Shown in pieces: positions 28,869-38,540 of a stretch of DNA of 64,000 nt; within the stretch, counting starts at the first letter, position 1; each line of letters begins with the position of its first letter. The notes under the pieces are model-generated. The model made no database searches and had not been told where the DNA came from. It saw nothing but the letters and a program-made list of their open reading frames with translations. Location: positions 576,001 through 640,000 of the forward strand of contig CBDCKW010000005.1 in assembly GCA_965218435.1 (NCBI GenBank), given 5' to 3'. Both the position numbers and the translations under genes were made by a program. This DNA is from Truepera sp. (GTDB lineage Bacteria; Deinococcota; Deinococci; Deinococcales; Trueperaceae).

Positions 28869-28870
28869 AA

Positions 28871-28929
28871 TTATTGAGGAAAGTAACGTCGGTAAGTCGC
28901 TTGCCTCGATTCGCCGGAGAGGTGGACGT
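28871..28929 (-). pseudogene. 3' remnant of a second tyrosine recombinase, paralogous to 8982-9872
   Basis: Encodes VHLSGESRQATYRRYFPQ*, identical to the first recombinase C-terminus; 48/59 nt identity, all differences at third codon positions. Confidence 0.9.
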
Positions 28930-29546
28930 CCGTATGGGTGAGCATCAGCGCTTTATGCTGGCGAGCCTACTCCGGCAGTTGGATTTTCTCGAGGTGGAGG
29001 TCGAAGCCATAGACCGCAAGGTAGCTGAGCAACTTGCGGATAAAGATGAGCTTATCGAGCGGCTTGACGCCATTCCCGGCGTAGGGCGGCGTGTTGCCGA
29101 GGAGGTGCTGGCTGAGATTGGTACCGACATGAGCCGTTTTGCCAGCAGTGCTCATTTGGCATCATGGACACGCATCTGTCCGGGCAACCATGAAAGCGGC
29201 GGTAAACGCCGCACCGAAAGCATCGGCCCCGGTAACCATTGGTTGCGAAGTGCTTTGGTCGAAGCGGCAAGGGCCGCAGCGATGACCAAGAAGTCCTACC
29301 TGTCAGCGCAGTATCGACGAATCAGAGCCCGGCGCGGCGGTAAACGAGCCGCCATTGCGGTAGCTCACAGCATCTTGACTATCATCTACCACCTCATTAG
29401 GGACGGCACCACTTACGAAGACCTGGGCACGGACTACTTCGAGGAGCGAGCGCGGGACAGAGTGCTTCACCAGTCCGTCAAGCGCATCGAGCGGCTCGGC
29501 TACCAGGTGTCTGTCGTTACGCCATAGGGGAGATTTTCGGAGGAAG
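28930..29546 (+). mobile_element. IS110-family transposase 3' fragment and right end
   Basis: IPGVG...AEIG.DMSRF.S..HLASW..ICPGNHESGGK...GN.WLR.ALVEAA...KRAAIAVAHSIL; N-terminal DEDD domain missing; right boundary approximate. Confidence 0.85.
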
Positions 29547-30456
29547 GCAGTTGGGTTCTTTGCCAGAGAAAGCAAGTGAGATACCGTTTCATTGAGCGGG
29601 AGCGTCAGAGCTACCCGGTGGAGCGCTTGTGCAAGATGATGGAGGTGTCCAGGAGCGGCTTCTATGGCTGGCGGAGAAGGCCAAAAAGCAAGCGGGCGCA
29701 ACAAGATGAGGGGCTGACCCGGCAAATCCATCATATCTATGCCCAGAATCGAAGGGTCTACGGTGCCCCTCGCATACATGCTGAACTGCGTGACCAGGAC
29801 ATACGTTGTAGCCGCAAGCGCGTGGCACGGCTGATGCGCTCGGCAGGGCTCAAAGGCAAGGTCAAAGGAGCCAAAAAACCTAAACGGTCAGCACCATCCG
29901 TGCCTGCCACTAATCTTCTCAAGGCACATGGGGCAGTGACAAAAACCGATCAGGTTTGGATCTCTGACATTACCTACTTGCGTTACCGCTGAAGGCTGGC
30001 TCTACCTAGCAGTCGTCATCGACGCCTACTCTAGGCGTGTCGTTGGCTGGGCTATGAGGGCGCGTTTAACAGCGGCACTGGCGATAGATGCCTTCACCAT
30101 GGCATGGCAGCGAAGATGTCCGCTACCCGGACTCATTTGTCATTCGGATCGCGGCAGCCAATACACCAGCACGAGCTTTCGGACAGCCCTCGGGGCAGCG
30201 AGAGCGTTACCAAGCATGGGAAGAGGTGCTCTAGACAACGCTCTTGCAGAAAGTTTCTTCGCTACTCTCAAATGCGAGGAAGCACGCATTTACCCCTCTC
30301 GTGACCTAGCTAGACGCTACCTCTTCAACTACCTGGAAACGTTTTACAATCGGCAAAGGCGACACTCGAGTCTAGGCTTTCTCTCCCCGGCAATATTCGA
30401 GGAGTTGGCAGCTAAGCAACGCTTAACCGACTGTCTTCAATAACGGGGCAAGATCA
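29544..30456 (+). mobile_element. IS3-family element fragment (orfA tail plus frameshifted orfB)
   Basis: orfA tail KAVGFFARESK*; orfB YGAPRI, WISDITY, extra T at ~29983 before GWLYLAVVID, HSDRGSQY, DNALAESFF; ends GGGGCAAGATCA. Confidence 0.88.
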
Positions 30457-30482
30457 ATTTTAGGGTACAGCGACCTAGTGGA

Positions 30483-31133
30483 TCACACATGTCGTGCCCG
30501 CTCGAGGGCCGTTCGAAGCGCTGCCGCCCGGGTGCCAAGCGCTTCTCCTTCAGCGGAGGTAAGGGGAACATCCTTGACTAGATAACTTCCAACCCCAAAC
30601 GCTACCCCGCCCGCCTGGTGGAACGCACCAAGCGTTTCCGGGTCGACGCCGCCGGTCGGAACAAAGCCTAAATTGTCGAGCGGAGCACGTAGGGCTTTGA
30701 GATAGCCCGGCCCGAGAGCGTCGGCGGGAAACAGTTTTACCATGCTGCATCCGGCCCGGTACGCCGTCTGTGCCTCGGTCGCGGTAAATATGCCAGGGAG
30801 GATAAGAGTATCACGCGTTTGTGCTAAGGCAACCGCCTCGAGGTCTAGGCTGGGAGCGACAAGGAAGCGAGCACCAGCGTCTAGCGCCCGCCGCGCGTCC
30901 GCAGCGGTGCGAACCGTACCCGCACCTACTAACAGGTTGCTTGCAAAAATCTTATTGAGCTGACTGATGCCCTCGAGCGCGTCCCGACTGTTAAGGGTAA
31001 TCTCCAAAACACGTATTCCACCCGCTAAAAGCGCCTCAGCAATGCCCTGCTGCTCGTCGAGAGAAAAGTCGCCCCGGATAATGGCGACAAGACCGTCCTC
31101 ACGGATTTGTTGGCCTATTTGCTGGCTGTTCAC
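30483..31133 (-). CDS. KDPG/KDPGal/KHG aldolase
   Basis: AIIRG, LEITLNS, GAGTV, PG..T.TE, VKLFPA (Schiff-base K), PTGGV; GTG start after GGAGG. Confidence 0.88.
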   Translation of the reverse strand: MNSQQIGQQIREDGLVAIIRGDFSLDEQQGIAEALLAGGIRVLEITLNSRDALEGISQLNKIFASNLLVGAGTVRTAADARRALDAGARFLVAPSLDLEAVALAQTRDTLILPGIFTATEAQTAYRAGCSMVKLFPADALGPGYLKALRAPLDNLGFVPTGGVDPETLGAFHQAGGVAFGVGSYLVKDVPLTSAEGEALGTRAAALRTALERARHV

Positions 31134-31268
31134 GAGCTTACCCTCCACTAAAATGGTGACGGGCGTAGCGTCACTACACGTACCTGTACGAAATCATCAG
31201 AATGCGAACCTTATTCGTGCTGCTCTTATCGTCGAAGCGTTGGGGAGCCTTTGTAAACTAGTGGACAC

Positions 31269-32282
31269 CTAGTTATCAGCTCCCCGTAAGTCGAGTTCCC
31301 CCGCGTAATGACAGGCAGCAAAGCGGTTTTTCGTAATCTCACGAAGCTCCGGTCTTTCTACGCGACACCGCTCTTGGGCATACTGGCAGCGTGGATGGAA
31401 GTAGCAGCCGGACGGCGGATCAGCCGGATTGGGGGTTTCCCCCTGCAGCTGCACCGCTATATTTCGCTGCGAAGGATCCGGTTTCGGAACCGAAGCGAGC
31501 AGTGCAGCGGTATAGGGGTGCAGCGGGTTGGTAAAGAGCGCTAAAGTTTCTGCACTTTCGGCGACCTTGCCAATGTACATCACGACAACCCGGTCTGAAA
31601 TGTGCTCGACCACCCCTAGGTCGTGGGAGATAAACAAGTAAGCCAGCTCGAACTCTCGCTGAAGGTCTTGGAGCAGGTTTAAGACCTGTGCCTGAATGGA
31701 TACGTCAAGGGCAGATACCGCTTCGTCGGCAACAATGAGCGACGGGTTGGTCGCCAACGCCCGCGCAATCCCGATGCGCTGCCGCTGCCCACCTGAGAAT
31801 GCATGAGGGTAACGGTTAAGGTGTTTGACCTCGAGGCCCACGACGTTCATCAAAGTTTTGACCCGTTCTACGAGCGCACGACCTTTTGCCCTACCGCTGA
31901 TGACGAGCGGTTCCCCGACAATCTCGAGTACCGTCATCCGCGGGTCTAAAGACGAGTAGGGGTCTTGAAAGATCATCTGCATATGTGGCCGAATAGACCG
32001 CAGCGTTGCAGCGTCCAAAGTGGCGATATCTACCACCGAGTCGTTAGGAAGCTTGAGCAACATCTCACCAGCGGTAGGCTCTAAGGCCCGCAGCACCGTA
32101 CGACCAAGCGTCGTTTTGCCACACCCTGACTCGCCCACCAAGCCGACGGTCTCCCCTGCTTGAATGTGAAAGTTGACGTCGTCGACCGCTTTGACATTTC
32201 CTACGGTACGGCGCAAAAAGCCCGCGTGCACCGGAAAGTATTTCTTTAAGCCTTTAACCTCTAAGAGCGGCGTGTTACGCAT
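31269..32282 (-). CDS. Oligopeptide/oligosaccharide ABC ATPase (OppF/AppF-like)
   Basis: GESGCGKT, FQDPYSSL, FSGGQRQRI, PSGC.FHPRC. Confidence 0.93.
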   Translation of the reverse strand: MRNTPLLEVKGLKKYFPVHAGFLRRTVGNVKAVDDVNFHIQAGETVGLVGESGCGKTTLGRTVLRALEPTAGEMLLKLPNDSVVDIATLDAATLRSIRPHMQMIFQDPYSSLDPRMTVLEIVGEPLVISGRAKGRALVERVKTLMNVVGLEVKHLNRYPHAFSGGQRQRIGIARALATNPSLIVADEAVSALDVSIQAQVLNLLQDLQREFELAYLFISHDLGVVEHISDRVVVMYIGKVAESAETLALFTNPLHPYTAALLASVPKPDPSQRNIAVQLQGETPNPADPPSGCYFHPRCQYAQERCRVERPELREITKNRFAACHYAGELDLRGADN

Positions 32283-33327
32283 GCTGGGCCTCATCATGAT
32301 GTAGAAAGCAACGTACAAAGTGTCCTTGCTCTATCTCCTGAAGTGCGGGAATAGCCTGACTGCAGGATCCAAACGCGTCATCGCAACGTGCCCTAAAGCG
32401 GCATTCAATAGGAAGATTTATAGGTACGGGTACGTTACCTCGGATGGCCTCGAGGTGCTCACGCTTTTTGGTACTCACCGTGGGCACAGACGCCAGCAAT
32501 TTACGCGTATAGGGATGAAGCGGATTTTTGAATAGGTCGTGAACCCGGCCGTACTCTACGATCTGCCCCAAATACATCACGGCCATCGTATCGGCGACCT
32601 GTGCCACTACGCCTAAATCGTGCGTGATATAGATCATCGACATATCGAACTCGTCTTTAAGATCGTTCATAAGCTTGAGAATCTGCCACTGTACCGTGAC
32701 ATCGAGGGCAGTCGTCGGCTCATCGGCGATCAGGAGTGACGGCCTCCCGGCTAACGCCATGGCAATCATGGCTCGCTGACGAAGACCTCCGGAGAGTTCA
32801 AAAGGATACGCGTTGAGGGTCCTTTTCGGCTCCGGCATGCCGACCTTGGCAAGCGTCGCCAAGGCAATGTCTTGGGCTTCTTGCTTGTCCCTCGTTCGGT
32901 GCAACAAGACCGTCTCCACAATCTGGTTGCCGATGGTGTGTACCGGCGACAGGCTGGTCATCGGCTCCTGGAAAACCATCGCGACGCGGCTGCCGCGAAT
33001 CTTGCGGAGTGCCCGGCTCTCTTCACTAAGCTGAGCAATGTCTACCGTTTGACCGCCCTTTTCGTGAAGCAGGATCTGACCACCCACAATTTTCCCTGGC
33101 CGCTTGACCAGTCGCAGAATCGAGCGCGCGGTCATGCTCTTGCCACAGCCGCTCTCACCGATAATTCCCAAAGTTTCTCGTCTCTTTACGGAGAAACTGA
33201 CGCCGTCAACCGCCTTGAGCAAACCCTCATCGAGAAAGAAGTGGGTTTTGAGGTCTTTGACCTCGAGCACAGTGTTTTGGGTGTGGGCGGTGGGTCCCTC
33301 GCGGTTACTTGTAGGGGTCGGCTGCAT
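32275..33327 (-). CDS. Oligopeptide/oligosaccharide ABC ATPase (OppD-like)
   Basis: GESGCGKS, FQEPMTSL, LSGGLRQR, DEPTTALD; start uncertain. Confidence 0.93.
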   Translation of the reverse strand: MQPTPTSNREGPTAHTQNTVLEVKDLKTHFFLDEGLLKAVDGVSFSVKRRETLGIIGESGCGKSMTARSILRLVKRPGKIVGGQILLHEKGGQTVDIAQLSEESRALRKIRGSRVAMVFQEPMTSLSPVHTIGNQIVETVLLHRTRDKQEAQDIALATLAKVGMPEPKRTLNAYPFELSGGLRQRAMIAMALAGRPSLLIADEPTTALDVTVQWQILKLMNDLKDEFDMSMIYITHDLGVVAQVADTMAVMYLGQIVEYGRVHDLFKNPLHPYTRKLLASVPTVSTKKREHLEAIRGNVPVPINLPIECRFRARCDDAFGSCSQAIPALQEIEQGHFVRCFLHHDEAQHA

Positions 33328-34426
33328 CTCGGACTCCATCTCCAACAAAATTGAACGCTAGCACGATCACGATCACGAACCCAGCGGGAATGAGCATCCA
33401 AGGGTAGAGGGCCACCGTTCGGATGTTCTGGGCGTCCTGTAGTAGCGTTCCCAAGCTTACCGCGGGCGGCTGGATACCGAGACCCAAGAACGACAGCGCC
33501 GTCTCGCCGAGAATCACACTCGGGACGAGCAGTGTAACCTGGACAATCAGATAAGAGGCGAACGAAGGTACGAGGTGCCTGAGAATTACCCGGGAGTGAC
33601 TCGCACCCGAGATAATTGCTGCGGTGACAAAGTCTTCTTCCCGAAGTTCTAAAAACTTGCCGCGTACCACGCGAGCAATGCCGCTCCAGCCGATCAGCGA
33701 CAAGATAACGGTAATGCCAAAAAATACTTTGACCGACGACCAGTGGGGCGGCAAGGCGGCGCTAAGCGCCATCCACAGCGGGATAGTAGGAATCGACAGA
33801 AGAAACTCGATAAGCCGCTGTACAATTAGATCCGTAATTCCGCCGAAGTATCCGGAGATACCCCCCAAGACCACACCCAAGACGAAACTCAGCGCCACCC
33901 CAACGAGTCCCACGAACAGGGAGATGCGCAGAGCGGCGACGGTTCTCGAGAAGATATCGCGTCCTAAGGCGTCGGTACCGAATAGAAAGACGGTGCCGTC
34001 TTCTACCCCGAAAAGGTGAATATCGGTGGACACCAAACCCAGAAGCTTATAGGGTGGGCCATGGACAAAAAAGCGTAGCGGCAACGCTGTTTCGGGATCG
34101 GGCTTGAATACGAACGAAAAGGTGACCGGATCGTTAGTCCGAGTGTAACCGTAGATAAAGGGCCGTATTCCCCCTTCGCCAAAGATATGAACCGTTTGCG
34201 GTGGTGCGTTTAAGAATTGCGTGGACTTGGTGTTCGCGTTGTAGGGAGCAACGAAGTCGGCGAACACTGCCAGCAAGTAGAGCAGCGTCAGTACTGCAAG
34301 ACTAACGAGCGCCAACTTGTGCTTCTTGAACTTCCGCCAGATAAGCTGCCGCTGCGAGGCGATATAGTAACGCTCATCCTCAGCAGGTGCGGCGGCTTTG
34401 GACTTTGCTCTTGCTTCTATGGCCAT
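33305..34426 (-). CDS. Opp-type ABC permease (OppC-like)
   Basis: GTDALGRD, REEDFV.AA..SGA, ETALSFLGLG, GDGVRDAADP. Confidence 0.92.
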   Translation of the reverse strand: MAIEARAKSKAAAPAEDERYYIASQRQLIWRKFKKHKLALVSLAVLTLLYLLAVFADFVAPYNANTKSTQFLNAPPQTVHIFGEGGIRPFIYGYTRTNDPVTFSFVFKPDPETALPLRFFVHGPPYKLLGLVSTDIHLFGVEDGTVFLFGTDALGRDIFSRTVAALRISLFVGLVGVALSFVLGVVLGGISGYFGGITDLIVQRLIEFLLSIPTIPLWMALSAALPPHWSSVKVFFGITVILSLIGWSGIARVVRGKFLELREEDFVTAAIISGASHSRVILRHLVPSFASYLIVQVTLLVPSVILGETALSFLGLGIQPPAVSLGTLLQDAQNIRTVALYPWMLIPAGFVIVIVLAFNFVGDGVRDAADPYK

Positions 34427-34427
34427 C

Positions 34428-35414
34428 TCAATTCTCCAACCGGATGCGGGGGTCGAAGACGGCCAGCAAAATGTCTGACACCAGCGTACCGATAACCGTT
34501 AGCACCGACAAAATCAGCACGATGCTGCCTGCAAGATAGGTGTCTTGCCGGATGAGCGCGTTGTAAAGTAAGGGCCCCATATCGGGAATACCCATGACGA
34601 TTGAAACGATGACCTGACCGGAGAAGACCGCTGGGATAAGCCAGCCTGCCGTGCTGATAATCGGGTTTAGCGCAATGCGAACAGGGTACTTCCAGAGTAC
34701 ACGGTTGCCAGGGAGGCCTTTAGCTCTCGCGGTTTCGACGTAGGGCCGTTGCAACTCATCAAGCAGCGACCCGCGCAAAATGCGGATCAGCGGAGCGGTA
34801 CCTGAGAGGGCAATGATAAGTACCGGTAACGGGAGGTGAGCCGCCATATTCCAAAACTTTGCCCAGCTCATCGGCTCGCCTAGATATTCAGGTGAGACAA
34901 GACCGCCGAGGCTCAACCCGAGGTACTTGTAGGAGAAAAACATCAAAATAAGCGCGACTAAAAAGTTGGGGATGGAGAGCCCGATAAAGCCGATAAAGGT
35001 AGCCAGGTAGTCCCAGACTGAATATTGACGCGTAGCTGAAAGGATGCCAATGGGAATAGCGAGGGCGTAGGTGACGCCAATTGTAAGAAACGCCAGTAGC
35101 AGCGTAACGGGCAACCGTTCGGCGATAAGGGCGGTTACCGGCCGTCCATAGGAAAACGAGAACCCGAAGTTACCCTGGAAAATTCCGCTTATCCACTTGA
35201 GGTACTGCTGCGGGAGGGGTAAGCCAAGTCCGTACTGTTGCTTAAGCCCTTCGATGATCTCATCGTTGACCTGCGCTCCCTGGGCGCGCAAGGTGATCAC
35301 GTAATTGCTGAGCCAATCTCCGGGGGGGAGCTGAATGATGACGAAGGACACTACAGAAAGAAGCGCCACGAGAAATACGCCAAATACAAGGCGGCGGGCA
35401 AGGTACCGAATCAC
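34428..35414 (-). CDS. Opp-type ABC permease (OppB-like)
   Basis: IIQLPPGD, YV.TARAKG, SDILLAVFDPRIR; GTG start at 35414. Confidence 0.92.
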   Translation of the reverse strand: MIRYLARRLVFGVFLVALLSVVSFVIIQLPPGDWLSNYVITLRAQGAQVNDEIIEGLKQQYGLGLPLPQQYLKWISGIFQGNFGFSFSYGRPVTALIAERLPVTLLLAFLTIGVTYALAIPIGILSATRQYSVWDYLATFIGFIGLSIPNFLVALILMFFSYKYLGLSLGGLVSPEYLGEPMSWAKFWNMAAHLPLPVLIIALSGTAPLIRILRGSLLDELQRPYVETARAKGLPGNRVLWKYPVRIALNPIISTAGWLIPAVFSGQVIVSIVMGIPDMGPLLYNALIRQDTYLAGSIVLILSVLTVIGTLVSDILLAVFDPRIRLEN

Positions 35415-35518
35415 GCTTTGCAGTCCCTTAACCTTGCCTGTGTAACTTGTAGGTTGGTGCACTGGGCAGTGCACCAACCCTTCATGAAGCTGCTTTTATC
35501 AAGCATCAACGTTAGACC

Positions 35519-37477
35519 TTACTGCCAGTAGAACTGGTAGTGACGGTTGTAGGTTCCAATGCCGATACTGGCATTGTCGGTAAAGGTATTTTCATCAACG
35601 TTGCCTAAGCCATTTCGGGTTACTGCAGGTTTGGGCACCAAACCGATGGTACCGATTCTGTAAAGGCCTTTTTCCCAAAGATCAAAAATTTCCGTTAAGG
35701 CCGTTTGCTGGTCTGCCTCGGACATGGTAGGTAGATTACGGTAAAGTTCGAACATGCGCTGCACAGCAGCAGGGGGTTCTTCACCTTGAGCGCCATTTGA
35801 GTTGTACCAGAGCTGCCACTGGGGTGCCCACTGCTGACCCGAGATATAGCCGTTTGCGCCAATCTTGATAGCCTCTTCTGAAACTCCGTCCATAGCCCAG
35901 CCTGCCACCATAAAGTCGCCGGAATCGAACTGCTCGCCCATTAAGGTGCGCTCCGTATCCTTGACACCCGTACGAATACCGACGGCTTGCCAGTAGTCAC
36001 GAACGAGTTCGGAAATCTTAGCGGGAACGGCGTCGGGCACGTTGGAGATAGTGAGGGTAAACGGTTGACCGTCGGAACGAAGTCTGAAATTCTCATTGTC
36101 GCGCTTGTCCATACCCATTTCGTCAAGTAGCTTGTTGGCCTGATCGGGGTTGTACTCAATCATATAGTTTCCCCAGTCGTCTTTATAAGCGCTCGAGGTG
36201 GGGCTTATCGTGGCCTGTAAAGGCGTACCTTGACCAAGCGCGATAATGTCGTTGATTTCATCACGGTTTAACGCCAATGACAAAGCTTGCCGGAAACGTA
36301 CATCACGTAAAACATCACCTACTGCCTTAGCTCCGGCATAGTTCTGGTTCACTGAGTAGGCAGCGATTGACGTCCATAAGCTCGGCGCAAGCCAGGGGTG
36401 ATAGTTGCCTCGGTCGGCCCCATCGACAAATGCGGGATAGTCACTGATCGAAGTGCCCCAGTCCTGATAGTCGTACTGGCCCGCAGCCATCTTGACCGCT
36501 AAGTTGGCCGTATTGTCGAAGTTCGTCGCCACCACACGGTTGATGTAAGGAAGCTGATTACCCGCCGTATCAACTTTGAAATAGTAAGGATTGCGCTCCA
36601 TCACGGTGCCTTGCGGACTCCGCTCCCTCACAACCCAAGGACCCATCGTAGGCACGTCAGGGGTAACGCGGAACCATTCATAACGTTTGGCCCCGAAATA
36701 CTGAACCCAAGTTTCGTAACCTGCCGCCTTCGCTTCAGCCTCCACATTTGGGTTATAGGTTTTATGAAAGGGTTTTAGATAGTGTGCGGCTTCAAAGATG
36801 TCGCCTTGAACACCGTTGAATACGACGCCGGCTAAATGGGCGAGAAACGAAAAGTAGGGGGCTGTGAAGCCGAACTCGAGCGTGTACTCGTCGAGCTTTT
36901 TGACCTTCATCGGCTGACCGCCGGGTTGAAACGCCTGCGGAACATTAGGCGTAATTTCCTCGTTAAGGATGATGTCGTTCCACCAAAACAGGACGTCGTC
37001 GGCAGTAAAAGGTGCGCCGTCAGACCATTTCATACCTGGACGCAAAGACAAGGTGAACGTCTTGCCATCGTCACTAAACGACCAGCCTTTGGCAATATTG
37101 GGAACGATGGTCTGACCGTCTCGGGCTAGGTTCAGCATGTATTCGGCGGTGGTAAAGTTCGAAGCAGGATAGCCGACTGTATCCGACACCTGAGCCAGTG
37201 TAAGTGAGCCCCCATATTTGCCGACCTCACCGAAAGGATTGTCCACTAAAGGCTCCTCAGGCAGGCGCTGCTCGAGCGGCGGCAGGGTACCCTGATCGAC
37301 AAGCTCTTGCAACATCGGGGCTTGGTGAAACTCACTAAGGGTGTTGCCGGTGGCCTGCTCATAGTCAGCGACCGTAGCCCAGCCCCATAGAGGTTTCTCT
37401 GCTGGAGCCGACTGGCCCAGCGCAAAACCAAAAAAGCCGACGATTACGACGAAAAGAATATTTTTAACTTTGTTCAC
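35519..37477 (-). CDS. Family 5 ABC substrate-binding protein
   Basis: Signal peptide; LPP..QRLP..P, GKYGG, WSDGAPFTADDV, RNPYYFKVD..GNQLPY, RFRQALSLA.NR. Confidence 0.9.
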   Translation of the reverse strand: MNKVKNILFVVIVGFFGFALGQSAPAEKPLWGWATVADYEQATGNTLSEFHQAPMLQELVDQGTLPPLEQRLPEEPLVDNPFGEVGKYGGSLTLAQVSDTVGYPASNFTTAEYMLNLARDGQTIVPNIAKGWSFSDDGKTFTLSLRPGMKWSDGAPFTADDVLFWWNDIILNEEITPNVPQAFQPGGQPMKVKKLDEYTLEFGFTAPYFSFLAHLAGVVFNGVQGDIFEAAHYLKPFHKTYNPNVEAEAKAAGYETWVQYFGAKRYEWFRVTPDVPTMGPWVVRERSPQGTVMERNPYYFKVDTAGNQLPYINRVVATNFDNTANLAVKMAAGQYDYQDWGTSISDYPAFVDGADRGNYHPWLAPSLWTSIAAYSVNQNYAGAKAVGDVLRDVRFRQALSLALNRDEINDIIALGQGTPLQATISPTSSAYKDDWGNYMIEYNPDQANKLLDEMGMDKRDNENFRLRSDGQPFTLTISNVPDAVPAKISELVRDYWQAVGIRTGVKDTERTLMGEQFDSGDFMVAGWAMDGVSEEAIKIGANGYISGQQWAPQWQLWYNSNGAQGEEPPAAVQRMFELYRNLPTMSEADQQTALTEIFDLWEKGLYRIGTIGLVPKPAVTRNGLGNVDENTFTDNASIGIGTYNRHYQFYWQ

Positions 37478-37560
37478 AGTTTACCTCCTGGACTCGGTGA
37501 CATCTAGTTTGCTCAGCCTGCCCCTTACCGCGAAACGCGGTTTAATCAGCGTGAAACCTC

Positions 37561-38400
37561 CTAATCTATAGCTGAAGCCTTAGGGTGGTAAAGTGAACGC
37601 TCATAGGGTTCTGCGGTTCCGTGATACCGGGGTAGCAACGAATTTACCTTAGTAGCGGCCGCTTGTGACCAACTGTCCGGCGGGTGTTGGGTTTTTTTAA
37701 CTACCTGCGCCTGAATTCGCTCTGGCAGCGCGGCGAAGTCCGGCTGGTACCAAAGCGTAAGGAGCGTCCGGCGCTCGCTACTACCGTTGCCGTATGCAGC
37801 GTGCAAGATGCGAGCGTCACCGACGAGTAAATCGCCCGCTTTTACAGGCACGTCCACCTCGTCGGGCCGAGTCGAAAATTCGGGTCGACGCATGTCCTTG
37901 GCCTCACTGAGTGCCGCCGAATGAGGCGCGTCTAACAAGTCGTGGAGTGCGTTATGGGTGATGTGAGAACCAGGAATGACCCTTAAGCAACCGTTCTGGC
38001 GCGTTGTATCGACCAGGTAGTACATCAAGAAGAGTTGCTGCGGCGCGCGCTCATAGGCAGAGGGGTCTTCCCAGGCAAACCAGTCGTAGTGCCAAAAGAG
38101 TGCCGGCCCCTGCGGGGGTTTACTGATGACATAACCGTCGGAGAAGGTCGGCTGCATATATCCAAGGGAGGCTAGGGCCTCGAGCGCCCCAGGATAGGCA
38201 ATCAAATCGGCGAACACCGGATCGCTCATGACGCTGACCATACTGCCGGTAGCGCGAGCTTTCTTGGCATTTTTCTCACTCTGAGTCGCTAACACTCGGT
38301 CTGTAACTTGTTGCAGACGTTGCAGCATGTCAGCCGAGAGCACACCTTCAAAGCGGCAGTAGCCGCGCTCGATAAGTTGCTGCCGTTTATCTTCTTTCAT
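37561..38400 (-). CDS. Phytanoyl-CoA dioxygenase family Fe(II)/2OG enzyme
   Basis: WHYD (HxD), NGCLRVIPGSH, GD....D.RILHA..N...RR. Confidence 0.88.
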   Translation of the reverse strand: MKEDKRQQLIERGYCRFEGVLSADMLQRLQQVTDRVLATQSEKNAKKARATGSMVSVMSDPVFADLIAYPGALEALASLGYMQPTFSDGYVISKPPQGPALFWHYDWFAWEDPSAYERAPQQLFLMYYLVDTTRQNGCLRVIPGSHITHNALHDLLDAPHSAALSEAKDMRRPEFSTRPDEVDVPVKAGDLLVGDARILHAAYGNGSSERRTLLTLWYQPDFAALPERIQAQVVKKTQHPPDSWSQAAATKVNSLLPRYHGTAEPYERSLYHPKASAID

Positions 38401-38494
38401 AACCTTAGCTCCTTTTCGACCCGAGGGAAATTACCTACAGGCTTGTCCTACACCGCCGCTCTAACGGCTAAAAACAGGTGTAATTCTCTAATAG

Positions 38495-38540
38495 TTGTGC
38501 TCGTCACAAAGACACTACAAAGGATAAATGGGCAAGTCAA
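38495..38540 (-). promoter_or_regulatory. Sigma70 promoter plus palindromic operator candidate
   Basis: Minus strand TTGACT (38535-38540), 17 bp, TAGTGT (38512-38517); TTGTG-N5-CACAA at 38495-38509. Confidence 0.6.

Noticed and set aside
28874..29527. 217-aa ORF as an intact IS110 recombinase with bridge RNA
   Set aside because: The first ~19 codons are antisense recombinase remnant; the DEDD domain and left non-coding end are deleted, and the right end is only ~20 bp.
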